Origin: Octopus vulgaris
Lineage: Eukaryota
Direction of reading: 5' to 3'
DNA length: 64,000 bases
Assembly (NCBI GenBank): GCA_951406725.2
Contig: OX597831.1
Span: 61,256,001-61,320,000, forward strand
Positions 25,390 to 38,089 of the stretch are shown piece after piece. Under the pieces are notes generated by a model that saw only the letters and a list, made by a program, of their open reading frames with translations, searched no databases and was not told the DNA's origin. Both the position numbers and the translations under genes were made by a program. Numbering within the stretch: the first letter of the stretch is position 1; the number at the start of each line of letters is the position of its first letter.

Positions 25390-26200
25390 TTTTTTACAGC
25401 AATATCAAACATTTTGATGTTTCTAGTCACTTGGCTGCGCACCATATATCTTTTCTGAGCTGCAATGTGGTGTCAAATCAAAAGTCAACGTCACCACCAA
25501 TTTCTTTCGCTATATTCTTCATATTACATAGTACATGTACAACAACACTAGATTATAAGCAGGTGTATGACTCACACACCTGCTTAGAGTTTCTTGTTAG
25601 CAAGAAAGTCTTTCCTATAACATCTTTTTTGTTGCTGGAATGCATATCGGTCCTCGCATCAGCCAGAACTTCATTTGTCTACTCCTCTGAAAACACGTTG
25701 AATTATCTTTCTTTTTCTGGAGGCAGGAATGCAGACGTTTTGTGCTCTAAATTTTTTATTTGTTTTAAGGAGACCCAACTCATGCTAAATACTTCTCTTT
25801 GGTTGGTAACATTAGTAAATATTGTGTTGATACTGTCTACCATACGAAAATTTTGTGAGGGTGACAGCGGCAGCTGTGAGGATCCGTTACTTCCTCTTCA
25901 GCAAGAATAGTATAGCAGACTGATGCGTCTGCTAATAAAGTGAGCAAAACGATAGACAAATTTATTTCCTAAAACCAATACTTTCTTCTTTAAATCACAA
26001 GTGCCCGTTTTAAAACTATTTTTCAAAGATACTTAACATAAAAATCTTCAGCAAGCATAAAACTGTTCCTGAGTCAAACGAAGCTGACCTGTGCAGTGAT
26101 TTCCAAGTCACCTCCGGAAAACAATGGTAATAAATTTGGACAGCTGATGTCACCAAAACTAAACAAAGTATGTTGAAACAATAAAAATCCACTAGCAAGA
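25390..26200 (-). mobile_element. Possible decayed DNA transposase fragment (Mutator-like?)
   Basis: Coding-like minus-strand text including TRNSKQV and DF*FDTT; weak resemblance only. Confidence 0.25.
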
Positions 26201-26214
26201 AATTTTGGTTTCAC

Positions 26215-26840
26215 ATTTTTGAAACAAGGTTAGCAATTTCAGGAGAGGAGGTAAGTCGACTACATCCACCCCAGTGCATGACTGATACTTATTTTTATCG
26301 ACTCCGAAAGGATGAAAGGCAAAGTCAACCTCGGTGGAATTTGAACTCAGAACGTAAAGGAAAACGAAACACTGCTTAACATTTTGCTCGGTATGCTAAC
26401 GATTCAGCCAGCTCGCCGCCTTACTTGAGAGGAATATTCTTTTCTACTCTAGGCACAAGGCCCGAAAATGGGGAGAGGGGACAGTCGATTACATCACGAC
26501 CAATACGCAACGGGTATTTAATTTATTGACTCTGAAAGGATGTAAGGCAAAGGCAAAGTCGACCTCGGCGGAATTTAAACTCAGAACATAAAGACGGACG
26601 AAATACCTATTTCTTTACTACCCACAAGGGGCTAAACACAGAGGGTACAAACAAGGACAGACAAACGGATTAAGTCGATTATAACGACCCCAGTGCGTAA
26701 CTGGTACTTATTTAATCAACCTCGAAAGGATGAAAGGCAAAGTTAACCTCGGCAGTATTTGAACTCAGAACGTAACGGCAGACGAAATATGGCTACGCAT
26801 TTCGCACGGCGTGCTAACGTTTCTGCCAGCTCGCCGCCTT
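26215..26840 (-). mobile_element. Cluster of three SINE B copies
   Basis: Three central domains; duplicated flank TTACTTG..AGGAATATT at 26421-26438 and 26839-26856; junction AAATACC|TATTTC at 26607/26608. Confidence 0.9.
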
Positions 26841-27590
26841 ACTTGCAAGGAATATTAAGATGTCTTTCAAGTCTCTGAAGTCAGAAATTTGAAGACGAAA
26901 ACACTGACACAGTATCTCACTTGGTGGCTTATTCTATTAACCCCAGGGGAATAAAAAGCTAAACAGACTGTCATAGGATTTGAATTTAGAACGTAGTCAG
27001 ACCAAATATCGCAAGGCAGCTTTTCCAACGATCTAATCATTCTACCAAATAAATTAATAAAACTAGCAATTTTTGTTTGAGAAAATTATTTTCTTTCATG
27101 TTGAAGATATCATCTTGTTTCTAATATTTGTGATATAATAATTTCATCTTTATGTACTTTAATAGAAAAATATGTCGCTACTTGAAACTTTACGAACGAT
27201 GTCTCCATCTGCTGAAAAACAGCTCGGATAGGAAGGAAAATCTAAAAGAGAAATAATAATATTGGTGAAAACAAGTATAAAATTGAGATTTAGAAAAACC
27301 GAGACGTACTTAATCTAGACGTCACTAAAAGTGTTTAATGTCAAAAGGCCAAACACCAAATGTGAAGTAGACTCAGAGAAACATAATTCCATAAAAAAAA
27401 ACCTGAGGCTTATAAAATTTCACCAGTAAACTACATTTCAAGAGAGCTGTGAAAATATGTCAACTACCGATTCACAAGCAGAACATGGTGGTACTTCAAG
27501 AAATAAACTAGAAGTGCATATATAGACAACCAATAACGTCTGTTGCACTAAGTAATATATGCAAACATATATATATCTATCTGTCTATAT

Positions 27591-28020
27591 ACTCTTTTAC
27601 TCTTTTATTGTTTCAGTCATTTGACTGTGGCCATACTGGAGCAGCACCCTTAGTCGAGCAAATCGACCCCAGGACTTATTCTTTGTAAGCCTAGTACTTA
27701 TTCTATCGGTCTCTTTTTGCCGAACCGCTAAGTTACAGGGACGTAAACACACCAGCATCGGATGTCAAGAGATGTTGTGACAAACACAGACACACAAACA
27801 TATACACACATACATACATACATACATACATACATACATACATACATACATACATACATACGACGGGCTTCTTTCAGTTTCCGTCTACCAAATCCACTCA
27901 CAAGGCATTAGTCGGCCCGAAGCTAAAGTAGAAGACACTTGCCAAAGGTGCCACGCAGTGGGACTGAACCCGAAACCATGTGGTTGGTAAGCAAGCTACT
28001 TACCACACAGCCACTCCTAC

Positions 28021-28065
<45 letters not shown>

Positions 28066-28270
28066 CATATCTTCTACCATTATCTTTTACTCCTTTCAGT
28101 CATTTGACTGCGGCCATGCTGGGGCACCACATTAACAAGTTTCAGCCGATCAAATCGCCCCCGGGACTTTTATTAAACTTATTCCATTAGTCTCTTTTGC
28201 CAAACAGATAGGTTACGGGGACGTAAACACACAAACACCGGTTATCAAACTATGGAGGTGAGACAAACAC
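27591..28270 (-). mobile_element. SINE family A full copy (27591-28020) plus diverged 3' half (28083-28270)
   Basis: Reverse complement of family A. Confidence 0.85.
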
Positions 28271-28370
28271 ACACACACGCAAATATATACATATATATAT
28301 GTATGCATATATATATATTTTTATGTATATATATATTTATGTATATATATATATATTTATGTATATATAA

Positions 28371-28496
<126 letters not shown>

Positions 28497-28695
28497 GTGA
28501 ATGAATTATCCTATGTTTATCGTCAGCATGGAAAATTCGCTGAACCGAAACCTGGGTAGCAAATTCACGTCAGAAACACGGTTGAAGCGATCTGTCCAAG
28601 GGTAGAAACTCCGGGTTCATGTGCAGAAATTTGTGTGTTGTATATAAATAAATGAAAGAATGGTGTCGAACAAAGATGTTAACAAAATTCCTTTA

Positions 28696-28777
28696 CTCTC
28701 GACATATGTTTCGAAGACAACATGGTTTCATTCCAAAGGAATAAAGGGTGCATTATGCAATCTTCTCATCAGGAAAG
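28696..28777 (-). ncRNA. Type I hammerhead ribozyme motif (canonical core)
   Basis: Exact reverse complement of 28817-28898. Confidence 0.75.
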
Positions 28778-28816
28778 AAATTTTTGTTTGTCTTGTTGTC
28801 GAGAGAGGCTCCCTTT

Positions 28817-28898
28817 CTTTCCTGATGAGAAGATTGCATAATGCACCCTTTATTCCTTTGGAATGAAACCATGTTGTCTTCGAAACATATGTCGAGAG
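28817..28898 (+). ncRNA. Type I hammerhead ribozyme motif (canonical core)
   Basis: Helix I CTTTC/GAGAG, core CTGATGA (28822-28828), helix II GAAGA/TCTTC, GAAA, palindromic ACATATGT, GTC site ending at 28893. Confidence 0.75.
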
Positions 28899-28959
28899 TA
28901 AAGGAATTTTGTTAACATCTTCGTTCGACTCCATTCTTTCATTTATTCATATATATAAA

Positions 28960-29041
<82 letters not shown>

Positions 29042-30279
29042 TATATTTCAATTTTTATATAAATATTTAAGACGCGCAATTCTCTCCCTTTGCTTAACCC
29101 TCTCCACTCTCGCTCCCTCTCACTCTTCCCCTTTTCTCTCTCTTAGCCGCATGTCCCCCTCCTCCTTCCGTCTTTCTCACTCCCAGCTTAAAACTTTCTC
29201 TCTTTCGCACGCCGCCTCTGCTACTGAAAAGTCTTGCTTCCCTACGCTGCCACAAAACATCTTTCGTCTAGCCAAAAACAGGCCGTTTTCGTCTGTTTGG
29301 TTTTTCTCATTTGTCCTCTTGTTTGTTTGATTTCCCGTATTGTATTCCCCTTTTTATTTCTCGTCTTGTATTTTTTTGTACATGTATTTTTATCTTGTAT
29401 TTTATTGTGTAGTTTTATTGTTACATCCTGTTTGTTCTTACCCGTTTTACCCCGCTGCTTGGAATTTTATTTTAATTCTCTCGCAGGAAGGCCTAGTTAA
29501 CGAGTGTCCTGTCTTGCCTTCGAAACACGTCTGAGTTAACTAGCGACAGCTGATGACGGTGGATTTTTCCTTGTGTAGATTGTCCTATACTTGTTTTCTT
29601 GTAAAATTTTTTTGGATTTTTCCTTGTGTAGCCTGTCCTGTACTTGTCGTTAAATTTTTGTTTTTCCCGTTTCTACGTCTTCTGGCGTCCTGTACTTACG
29701 TATATTTATTTATATATGCATGTATATATACATGTAGATGTAGGTACGTACATATATGTTTGTATGTATGCATATATTTTTAATTATCACGTATATATAT
29801 ATATATATATGTATGTATATATATGTATATATGACGGACTTCTTTCAGTTTCTATCTACCAAATCCACTCAAAAACATGTCCGGCTGGGCGAAAATATCC
29901 CCCGAAAGTGGAACCAGAGCAGTATGAAAAATTGGCAGTAACAACAAAGAACAAGCACAAGTCATACATACAACACCTCTAAGTATATATGTGTGTCCAG
30001 GGACGAGTGAGTCAGTGCGCATGCCCAAATTTGCCTTATGACAAATGCATAGGAACGTTTGTCCAGTAATTCGTGACTGCTCTTGTCGTTTTAGCTCTTG
30101 TTGTAATTGATGGGTTTTCATTGTTGTTAATTATTACTGCTGTTACTTTCCGACTCTTTAGGTTCTGAGTTCAAACTCTGCCGAAACCAACTTTGCCTCT
30201 CATCCTCCCAGGGCCAGCCATGTGCTGGGACTGATATAATGAACTAACCCCTTCCCCAAAAATTTTAAATAGACAATTA

Positions 30280-30418
30280 GGCGCAAGAATGGCTGGGTGG
30301 TAAGTAGCTTGCTTACTAACCACATGGTTCCGGGTTCAGCCCCACTGCGTGGCATCTTGGGCAAGAGTCTTCTACTATACATACATACATACATACATAC
30401 TGAAAGAAGCCCGTCGTG

Positions 30419-30468
<50 letters not shown>

Positions 30469-30506
30469 TGTATATATATATATGTGTGTATGTATGTATG
30501 TATATA

Positions 30507-30571
<65 letters not shown>

Positions 30572-30798
30572 GTATGTGTTTGTGTGTCTGTGTTTGCCCC
30601 CCCCCCCCAACATCGCTTAACAACCGATGCTGGTGTGTTTATGTCCCCGTAACTTAGCGGTTCGGCAAAAGATCCCGATAGAATAAGAACTAGGCTTACA
30701 AAGTATAAGTCCTGGCGTCGATTTGCTCGACTAAAAGGCGGTGCTCTAGCATGGCCGCAGTGAAATGACTGACACAAATAAAAGAATAAAAGAATAAA
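30280..30798 (+). mobile_element. SINE family A with expanded internal (TATG)n, preceded by a diverged SINE B piece (30160-30266)
   Basis: Head and tail match family A. Confidence 0.85.
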
Positions 30799-31639
30799 AG
30801 ATTATTACGACTATTACTATAAACAAGGGTGTATTTTGCACCGAAAGCCAATATGGGAGTTTCTCTCATGGTATCCACTGCAGTATAGTTTGTTCTAACA
30901 CAACATCCACATTCAAGTAGAGATAAATATTACTTCTCTGCATTAATACTGCCTCTTTCGCTAATAAATACTTTACTGTTATCATCATCATTATTATTTT
31001 CTTATCAATCTTATTACTTCTGTTGTTGCTATCAATGTCAATATGCAGTTTCTTCGTCCGCTCAGCCTCGACCAATGCAGTGGTGTAAAGTGTATTTTTG
31101 CCAAATCTCCGTTATCTGAAGAAGTGATACCATGTCATAAAAATTCCAGAGTACAAGCCATTGGGTCGGCATAAGCAAATTACTATACTCTACGTCTGTA
31201 ATGAGTTCTCTTTCTTTAGATCATTAACCAACAAAGGGGGGGTGTAAGCACAGCATGGCCTAATGATTAAGAATTTTGTCTCCTAACGTCGAGACACCGG
31301 TTTCGTTTCTACTGCGTAACATTTTGAAATATTTTTGAGGTGAGGAGATTTTCTTTTGCCTTGAGTCGTCCTATCCTTTGTGAGTGAAATTATTTGCAAG
31401 GAAACTATATAGAAGTTTGTCGGGTGGGTTGTAACTGTAATTTAAAAGGTACAGCAAAGCCACACATTGTGTCATGCTTATAGACATATAGTGCTAAAAA
31501 CACTGAAAAATATCGGCAGCAAGCAAAGGTTGCCCAGCTTTGGTGATGGAAATGTTGGACCAAGATTTCTGCTTTTTATCTTCTTCAGCAGCGAATTGCC
31601 TCATATCAAATAAAGATCATCTGCAAGCTGATATAGTAG

Positions 31640-31852
31640 GTTTCAAATTTTGGTACAAGGCCAGCAAGCTCAGAGGAGTGGGGAAATCAATTATATCAAC
31701 TCCAGTCCTAAACTGATTCTTATTTTATTGATCCTGAAAGAACGAAAGGCAAAGTTAACCTCGATGGTATTTGGACTTAGAACGTAAAGACGGACGAAAT
31801 GTCGCTAAGCATTTTGTCTGGTGTACTAATGATTCTGCAAGCTAACCACATT
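31640..31852 (-). mobile_element. Diverged SINE B
   Basis: GAAAGGCAAAGTTAACCTCG...GAACGTAAAGACGGACGAAAT. Confidence 0.75.
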
Positions 31853-32449
31853 GAAGCTGATATGGTTAGACAGTAATTGGAAGGTTCCTGATGTTCCATT
31901 TCAATGACAAGCTGAACAGAAATTCACTATTAGTAACAGGAGCATTGTTAGTTCAAAATTAGTCATCTGTATACATACAGAGTAGGTACGATGAGGACTT
32001 ACTAGACTGCAGTATTTGTCTTGAGAAGGTATATCTTATAGAGGCATAGAGTTAAAAACACTATCGATGCATTTCTTCAGTGTGCCTAACAATTAACAAT
32101 AACAAATTAGTTGAGGCTATACATTTTTATACGTTGTATATATTATAAACAGCTTTTGTTTAAAACATGTTGTATTTAAAAACTTGTCCAAGTTTTAATT
32201 GTCTTTTTATTAAGCTTTTATCAATATCACGTCATCAAGAAGAGACTATGAAATCCTGGAAACTGTGATAATGGATTTTGGAAAATGTTTTGTATTGTTA
32301 AAAATAAGCTGCAAGTAATTCCTATGAATTACATCCTTAGCAAGAAAAACTCCTAAAATTGTTTTGTGTTTACAGTATAACATGCATATACACACATACG
32401 TGCGTACATACGTGTATATGTTTGTTTATGTATGTATGTATTATCAGTA

Positions 32450-32740
32450 TCATTTAACGTTTGTTTCCCATGCTAGCGTGGGTTAGATGGTTTAACTGGA
32501 ACTGGTAAACCGGAGAGCTGCACTAAGCTCCAGTCTGTTTTGGCTTGGTTTCTACGGCTGGGTGCCCTTCCTAATGCCAACCACTCCACAAAGTGTACCA
32601 AGTGCCTTTTTTGTATCACTGGCACTGGTGCCTCTAACATGTCACTGGTATAGGTGCCTTTATGTTTCACCAGCTCGGGTGCCTCTAACATGTCACTGGC
32701 ATGGATTCCTTATATGTGCCACTAGCACAGGTGCCATGTA
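32450..32740 (-). mobile_element. RTE 3'-end fragment
   Basis: Reverse complement GGAGTGGTTGGCATTAGGAAGGGCA...CAAACGTTAAATGAT matches the 58185-58340 tail. Confidence 0.75.
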
Positions 32741-33663
32741 TGTGTATATGTAAATGTGGGTTTATTTGGTGTATAGTTCTTTTGTGGACCAGAATGTATA
32801 CATTCACACACATACTATTTGAAATATTTTCATTTTACTCATCAACTATCGAGATTTTTACCTCTTTCAGGTTTAAACTTTTATTCAAAACAATACTATT
32901 ATTTCACCCTCAATACTATGAATTATTATTTTTAACAATATTAGCAATGCAGGAAATACCAATTTCCCAATTATCACACAACGGTTGATAAAAAAGATTT
33001 CCATTAGCATACAGGAATCAATACACAAATTTACAACAATTATATCTGCATAACAAAATAAAAGTAACACTTCCACAAACAAATTTACATTCAAAACAAA
33101 AATGGAACTAAGATAATCATCGATGATATTTTTATTTATCAATATGCAATTAATATTTATTAACAATAAATTAGTCTACAAGTTATGTTGTTGTTCTTGT
33201 TGTTGTTGAGCTCAAGTTGACTTGGACTGAGAGTTGTGATCAAAGAGTTCCAGCTTTGCCTTTCCTGTCTTTTTAGAAGTGCATCTACATCTACATTATT
33301 TGATATCTACTTTAACTTTTTTCCAAACAATAGGGAGTGGGTGTGTATGTGAGTGATTTACGGGAGGTTTAACTGCTATTTCTAGCAGGCTGGATAGCCA
33401 CATAGGTATTCCTTGTATTGGGTCAATTGGAATGTTTCTTTTGATTAAATGAGAAAATAAAAATAAAATATAGGTTCAATCATGTCTGTGTGATAAGAAG
33501 TTTGCTTCCCTACCACAACTTTCTGGGTTCAGTCCTGTTTCATGGCACCTTGGGCAGCAACTGTCTTTGGTTAGCCTCATGTTGGCCAAACCCTCGTGAG
33601 AACATTTGGTAAACAGAAACTACAAGCAGCCTGTCGTATATATTCGTATATATGCATGTATAT

Positions 33664-34472
33664 TGTTGTGCAAGAGTACCACGCACCCTGGCGAGAATAG
33701 ATTGGACCACTACATATAAATAGTAGCGGTCTGCATTGGATTGCTGGTTCTCAAAAGATTGTTGAGTTGAGGCAGTTGATGGTCTTTGCCGAACAGCTGT
33801 TGTCGGATGCGGAAAGAGTACGACTCTCGTCCGAGTTCATGATAAAGATTGTACCAGCTTCCTCTTTTGCCAAAGAAAAGAAGGTAGCTTTTCTCAGCGT
33901 GGTAACCATACTGAAAGATGTGGTATGGAAGACGTTTGCGAAAGGGATTGCGACAGGTCAATTCATCTCCGGACGTGGGCTGGTGAATTACTTTCGCTGC
34001 CCATCTGTCCAGCAAGATCCGTCTGGAGAGGAGGAGCCTGCCGCAAAAAGAGTTTGGAAAAAGATGGACGACAGTAGTAAGAAAAATGAGAATGCACGAG
34101 GCTGTGCTTGCACGGTCGGCCGGAGCATAAAAGAAGGAAAAAGATTACCAAAAAGGGATAACCAGCCGGTGGGTTAACTCACTAACCCGGACCCAAAACT
34201 CATCCGATCATCATTTATATTTATATGTTTAACCCTCATACACAATATATGTAAATCCATCCGGTTTTTCACACTGTATGTAAGAAGCGAGAGTGTACCT
34301 TGAATGTCCTTTGTTTGTCCTTGTAATGTCCCCTCTATGTAAAACCTTTATAGGTTAATAAAGAAATATCTCAAAAGATTGTTGTCACGTTCCCAGTAGT
34401 TACTGGCGTTTGTTTCGGTTATATTGTTATTACACTGTTGCAGTGTCGTCGTTTATCGATAAAGATATAACA
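33664..34472 (+). mobile_element. 5' LTR of a Ty3/Gypsy element (~810 bp)
   Basis: TGTTGTG...ATATAACA termini, AATAAA near 34357, immediately followed by a PBS-like site; left boundary inferred because there is no second LTR. Confidence 0.65.
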
Positions 34473-35845
34473 TCTCGCGACGAGGATCGTTCGAAACTCA
34501 CATTGGTTATTTGGCAATTTCTGCGTCATGGAAAACCTATCAGCCGCTGTAGTTCAGCTTCAAGAGAAGCAACAGGAACAACTACAGGAGTTGCAAAGAT
34601 AAATACTACAACAAAACAACAACGACAATTAATTGAGTAACAGTTGGCAATGTCCGAAAATCCAGTAAGCTCATTTGCGCCAGACGGCGTGGCTAACGCA
34701 ATTTCTGAATTTACGCACGATCCGGAGGAGGATATTACATTTTCCGCGTATCATAGAAGATACGAGAAAAAGTTTTAACAACGCGTGCAAGTCATGGTCG
34801 GAGGAGCAGAAAGTAAAGCTTTTGCTACGCAAGGTAACTCCTGCGGAACATGCCCAAAAGGTCGAGGGAAATTGGTTTCCAAGAAACCGTGGAACTGCTT
34901 TTAAAATTTTCTTGTGATAACAGGTAATTATTCAACACCAGAATTGAGTGTTCGAAGTTAACAAAAAGTGAGGAGGAGGATTTTATCACTACGCCGGAGT
35001 AGTCAATCGTATGTGCGAAAATTTCAAAGTCCACGATCTCATTCATAATATGTTCAAATCAATTATCTTCGTAAAAGGACTTATAGCACTGAAGATAGAG
35101 AAATTCAGGCAAGGATTCATTCGAAAACGGAGCAAGCGAACCAGGATTTATCGCTACAGACCATCGCAGAAGAATGTCAGTCGTCAGATTATGGTAAATC
35201 TTTACATGATGTGAAAAAATATACGAGATAAAGACTCTGCAAAATTTCAAATGTGTCGTCCCGGGAAACACATCAAAAAAATGTGTCAGTCCCAAATCCG
35301 TGTTATAGTTGTGGAGGCCTACACTACAAAAAGGATTATCCGTTTAAAAATAAGAAGTGCTACTGTTGTCAGAAGCTGGGACACAGGAGTTCTCACTGTA
35401 GCACTAGACAACGAGGCTCAAACACAAAAAGTTTTAAGGTGTTTTCAGCGGAGAGTGATTTCGATGGAAAAACAAGAAAATTCGTGCGCGTAAAAATAAA
35501 TTATGTGAATGCCAAATCACAGTTAGACACAGGCAGTGACATCTCGATCATAAATGCGAATACTTGGAAACATACCGTGATTACGTAAAACAGCGAAAAT
35601 AGCGCGCGGTGTAACGGGTGATAAATTATATTTCGTGGGCAAAACGTGTATCGACGTCACATTTCGGAAAGAGACACGCGAAGCAAAATTATTCGTTGTG
35701 GCTAATGCAATTAATCTGTTTGGCACAGATTGGTTAGAACAATTCGATTTATGATAATTTCCCATAAATCTTTACTGGAATAACATAAATGGTTGTCCCG
35801 TTAAAAACAAATCTTCGGACGAACTGAAGAAAAAAATTGAAAAAA
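34473..35845 (+). mobile_element. Ty3/Gypsy (Mag/SURL-like) PBS plus decayed gag-protease, truncated before RT
   Basis: PBS TCGCGACGAGGAT (cf. TGGCGACGAGGAT, complementary to the tRNA-Ser(GCU) 3' end); EFTHDPEEDITF...RRYE...WSEEQKVKLLLRK; knuckles CYSCGGLH / CYCCQKLGHRSSHC; protease QLDTGSDISII ... NLFGTDWL. Confidence 0.9.
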
Positions 35846-36244
35846 GAGCCAGTTCTATCTGTAGTCTTGGGGGTCTAAGCTGCTTTTCCAGACAAGCCAT
35901 CTTTCCATGTCGCATAGACCGCACTTTCCGCTGCCGTTGGTGTAGGGCTTACACTTGGCTAAAATCTTCCAATGGATATTGTAACTGACACCTTTATCTT
36001 TTAATGACCATATATGACTGGATAATTTGGTCGTTTTTTGTCCCAGTGCCTAAAGCTCAAGCTGACCTTGAAATTACCCTCTGAAAGTGCGGTCTATGCG
36101 ACATGGAAAGATGGCTCATCTGAAAAAGCTTAGACCCTGCTACATGTCTAAACTCAAGGACAGAACTTTTCGGATCATGCCCACATGTGATCAAATTTTT
36201 GTTACGTTTTAGGTCCCCCCAAGACTACAGATAGAACTTGCTTT
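35843..36244. repeat. Interrupted inverted repeat at the Gypsy truncation point
   Basis: 35843-35928 is reverse-complementary to 36083-36137 plus 36216-36244. Confidence 0.85.
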
Positions 36245-36959
36245 CTATAGTATATCCACGTACAAGTTTTTTTTATCTCATTATACCTTTTAGTTTTGTT
36301 TTATTTATATTTTTATATATTTATTATAGAGAATTTGTCTTATAGATATAATTTTTTTACACATAATTTTTTCTGTACTCTACCATCCACCCTGCATTTT
36401 CCCTGTGCCTATATAGACGTGTATATTGAATCATTTGTACGCGCGTGTGGATGTGTACGTGTGTGCGAGTACGTATGTATATAGATGTGTATGGGTACAA
36501 TTTTTCCTGTGTCAGTGTTTTTTTTAAGTATGTATAATCCTTTTTGTGCGTGTGTGTGTATGCGTATATAGACGTGTGCGGGTATGTGCATATATGGGCG
36601 TGTTTGTGTGTGCGTGCATAAGGGTAGGTCCGTATATGAACGTGGTTTACTCTTTGTATACTTTCTTATGCCTTTTTTCTGTATTGTTACCCTTAACCCT
36701 GTTTTTTTCTTGTGCTTGTATGTACTTAGACGTATGTATGAACTTTTACGGTGCGCATGTGGGGGTTGTATGTATATGCATATACATTTGGAGAAAGATG
36801 CGAGTGAAGATGTGTACGTTTTTCTAGTGATGTATACGTACGCACGTGGGTTTCCGGGCGCACATATATACGTATGAACAGGCGCGCTTCCGCGTATACT
36901 ATGAACTTTTTACCCACTTATGTTAATTAGCAGTCATTCGAATAATGTTTTTGTCTAAA

Positions 36960-37135
36960 TAGCGTAAATAACACAGTAATTTTCCTTTGTATAACGGTCT
37001 TTTTTCATAGCGTTTTTCCAATGGCCAGACAACTGAAGAGATGGTAGTGTGGATTTCCACCTCGGCATCCGAAACTCTTGGCTACCGTATAATTGTCACA
37101 TATTACATTTACAGATAAATTTCTCTATTTACATA
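36960..37135 (+). mobile_element. PLE-type repeat with hammerhead-like motif (37028-37080, cleavage region deleted)
   Basis: CTGAAGA-GATG...CATC-C-GAAA-CTC; inverted homologue at 60482-60640. Confidence 0.65.
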
Positions 37136-37483
37136 ATATTGAGGTCTCTTTCTTTTGTTATATTACCGTTGTTACCAATATATATATATATATATATAAA
37201 CTTACTTGGAGGATAAGATATATATATATAGAGAGAGAGAGAGATACATATGTATAACTACAGACATATATACATATATATATATGTACATCCACACACA
37301 GACACACATATATATATAGGAAATAGTGGCACAAGTTACCAATTTTTGCTGCAAATAGCAGTCGATAATCGTTCGACGCTAGGTAAAGCTTCACTGAATG
37401 TATATAGGCAAAGATAGGTGCGTGCGGTAAATATAAAAAATTTTCGTCGCACTTCTAGGAAGAACGCAAGAGAAATAGACCAG

Positions 37484-37553
37484 CTAGTACTCGAGTTTCA
37501 AAATTTTTAGAATACGTTTGTTATCGTAAAACTGATTTGTCCTCGTCAGCTAG
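37484..37553 (-). ncRNA. Type I hammerhead-like motif
   Basis: Reverse complement: CTAG-CTGACGA-GG...TT-GAAA-CTCGAG-TA-CTAG; helix I CTAG/CTAG, palindromic ACTCGAGT, weak helix II. Confidence 0.6.
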
Positions 37554-38089
37554 GTCCACCGAAGTGACTAAATGTAAAATATCGCGATATCAATGTCTGT
37601 ATACTCGGCCAATAACCCCAGCCATAAACAGAACATTTTTATATAAAAATATAAATACCATTACAATACAATATTATTATTTTCCAGCAAAAGAAAGCAC
37701 CGTAAAAGTAGAATTATAAATAGGAATACACACGCACATATATATATATATACAAATTATATACGTTTTTATTTCTTTGCAATTTACTTAATTATTGACA
37801 TTTTATTGTTATTTTAATTTTAATATTTCTATAATATGTAATTTTCTAGATGGTGTAATTTAATTGTTCATTTTGAATTGATAAAAGGTGTTTTTTTTTA
37901 TTTTAATATATATATTGTGTGAAATTTGATTTAGTATTTCTAAATTGAATTTTTTTTCCTTCTAAGTTTTGGATTTTATTCCCTCAAATAACAATTATAT
38001 ATATACATACATACACACATACATATACATACCAACACATACATATACACTCACAGATACACACACACGTATATATATATATATATATA

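Larger units (their letters stand above)
28641..28953. repeat. Near-perfect palindrome, 140-bp arms, 33-bp spacer
   Basis: 28641-28780 versus 28814-28953, three mismatches seen, all in the outer part. Confidence 0.95.

Noticed and set aside
25431-25910. 159-aa plus-strand ORF
   Set aside because: No recognisable domain; probably the antisense shadow of a decayed minus-strand element.
28660-28934. Two near-identical 68-aa ORFs on opposite strands
   Set aside because: A trivial consequence of the palindrome, not evidence of coding.
29470-29540. Hammerhead-like GAAGGC...GCCTTC-GAAA-CAC-GTC in a PLE-like repeat (29070-29760)
   Set aside because: Helix II, GAAA and GTC are present but the CTGANGA core is not (CTCGCAG); too degenerate to count.
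33767-34177. 136-aa ORF
   Set aside because: Lies inside the inferred Gypsy LTR; no recognisable motif.
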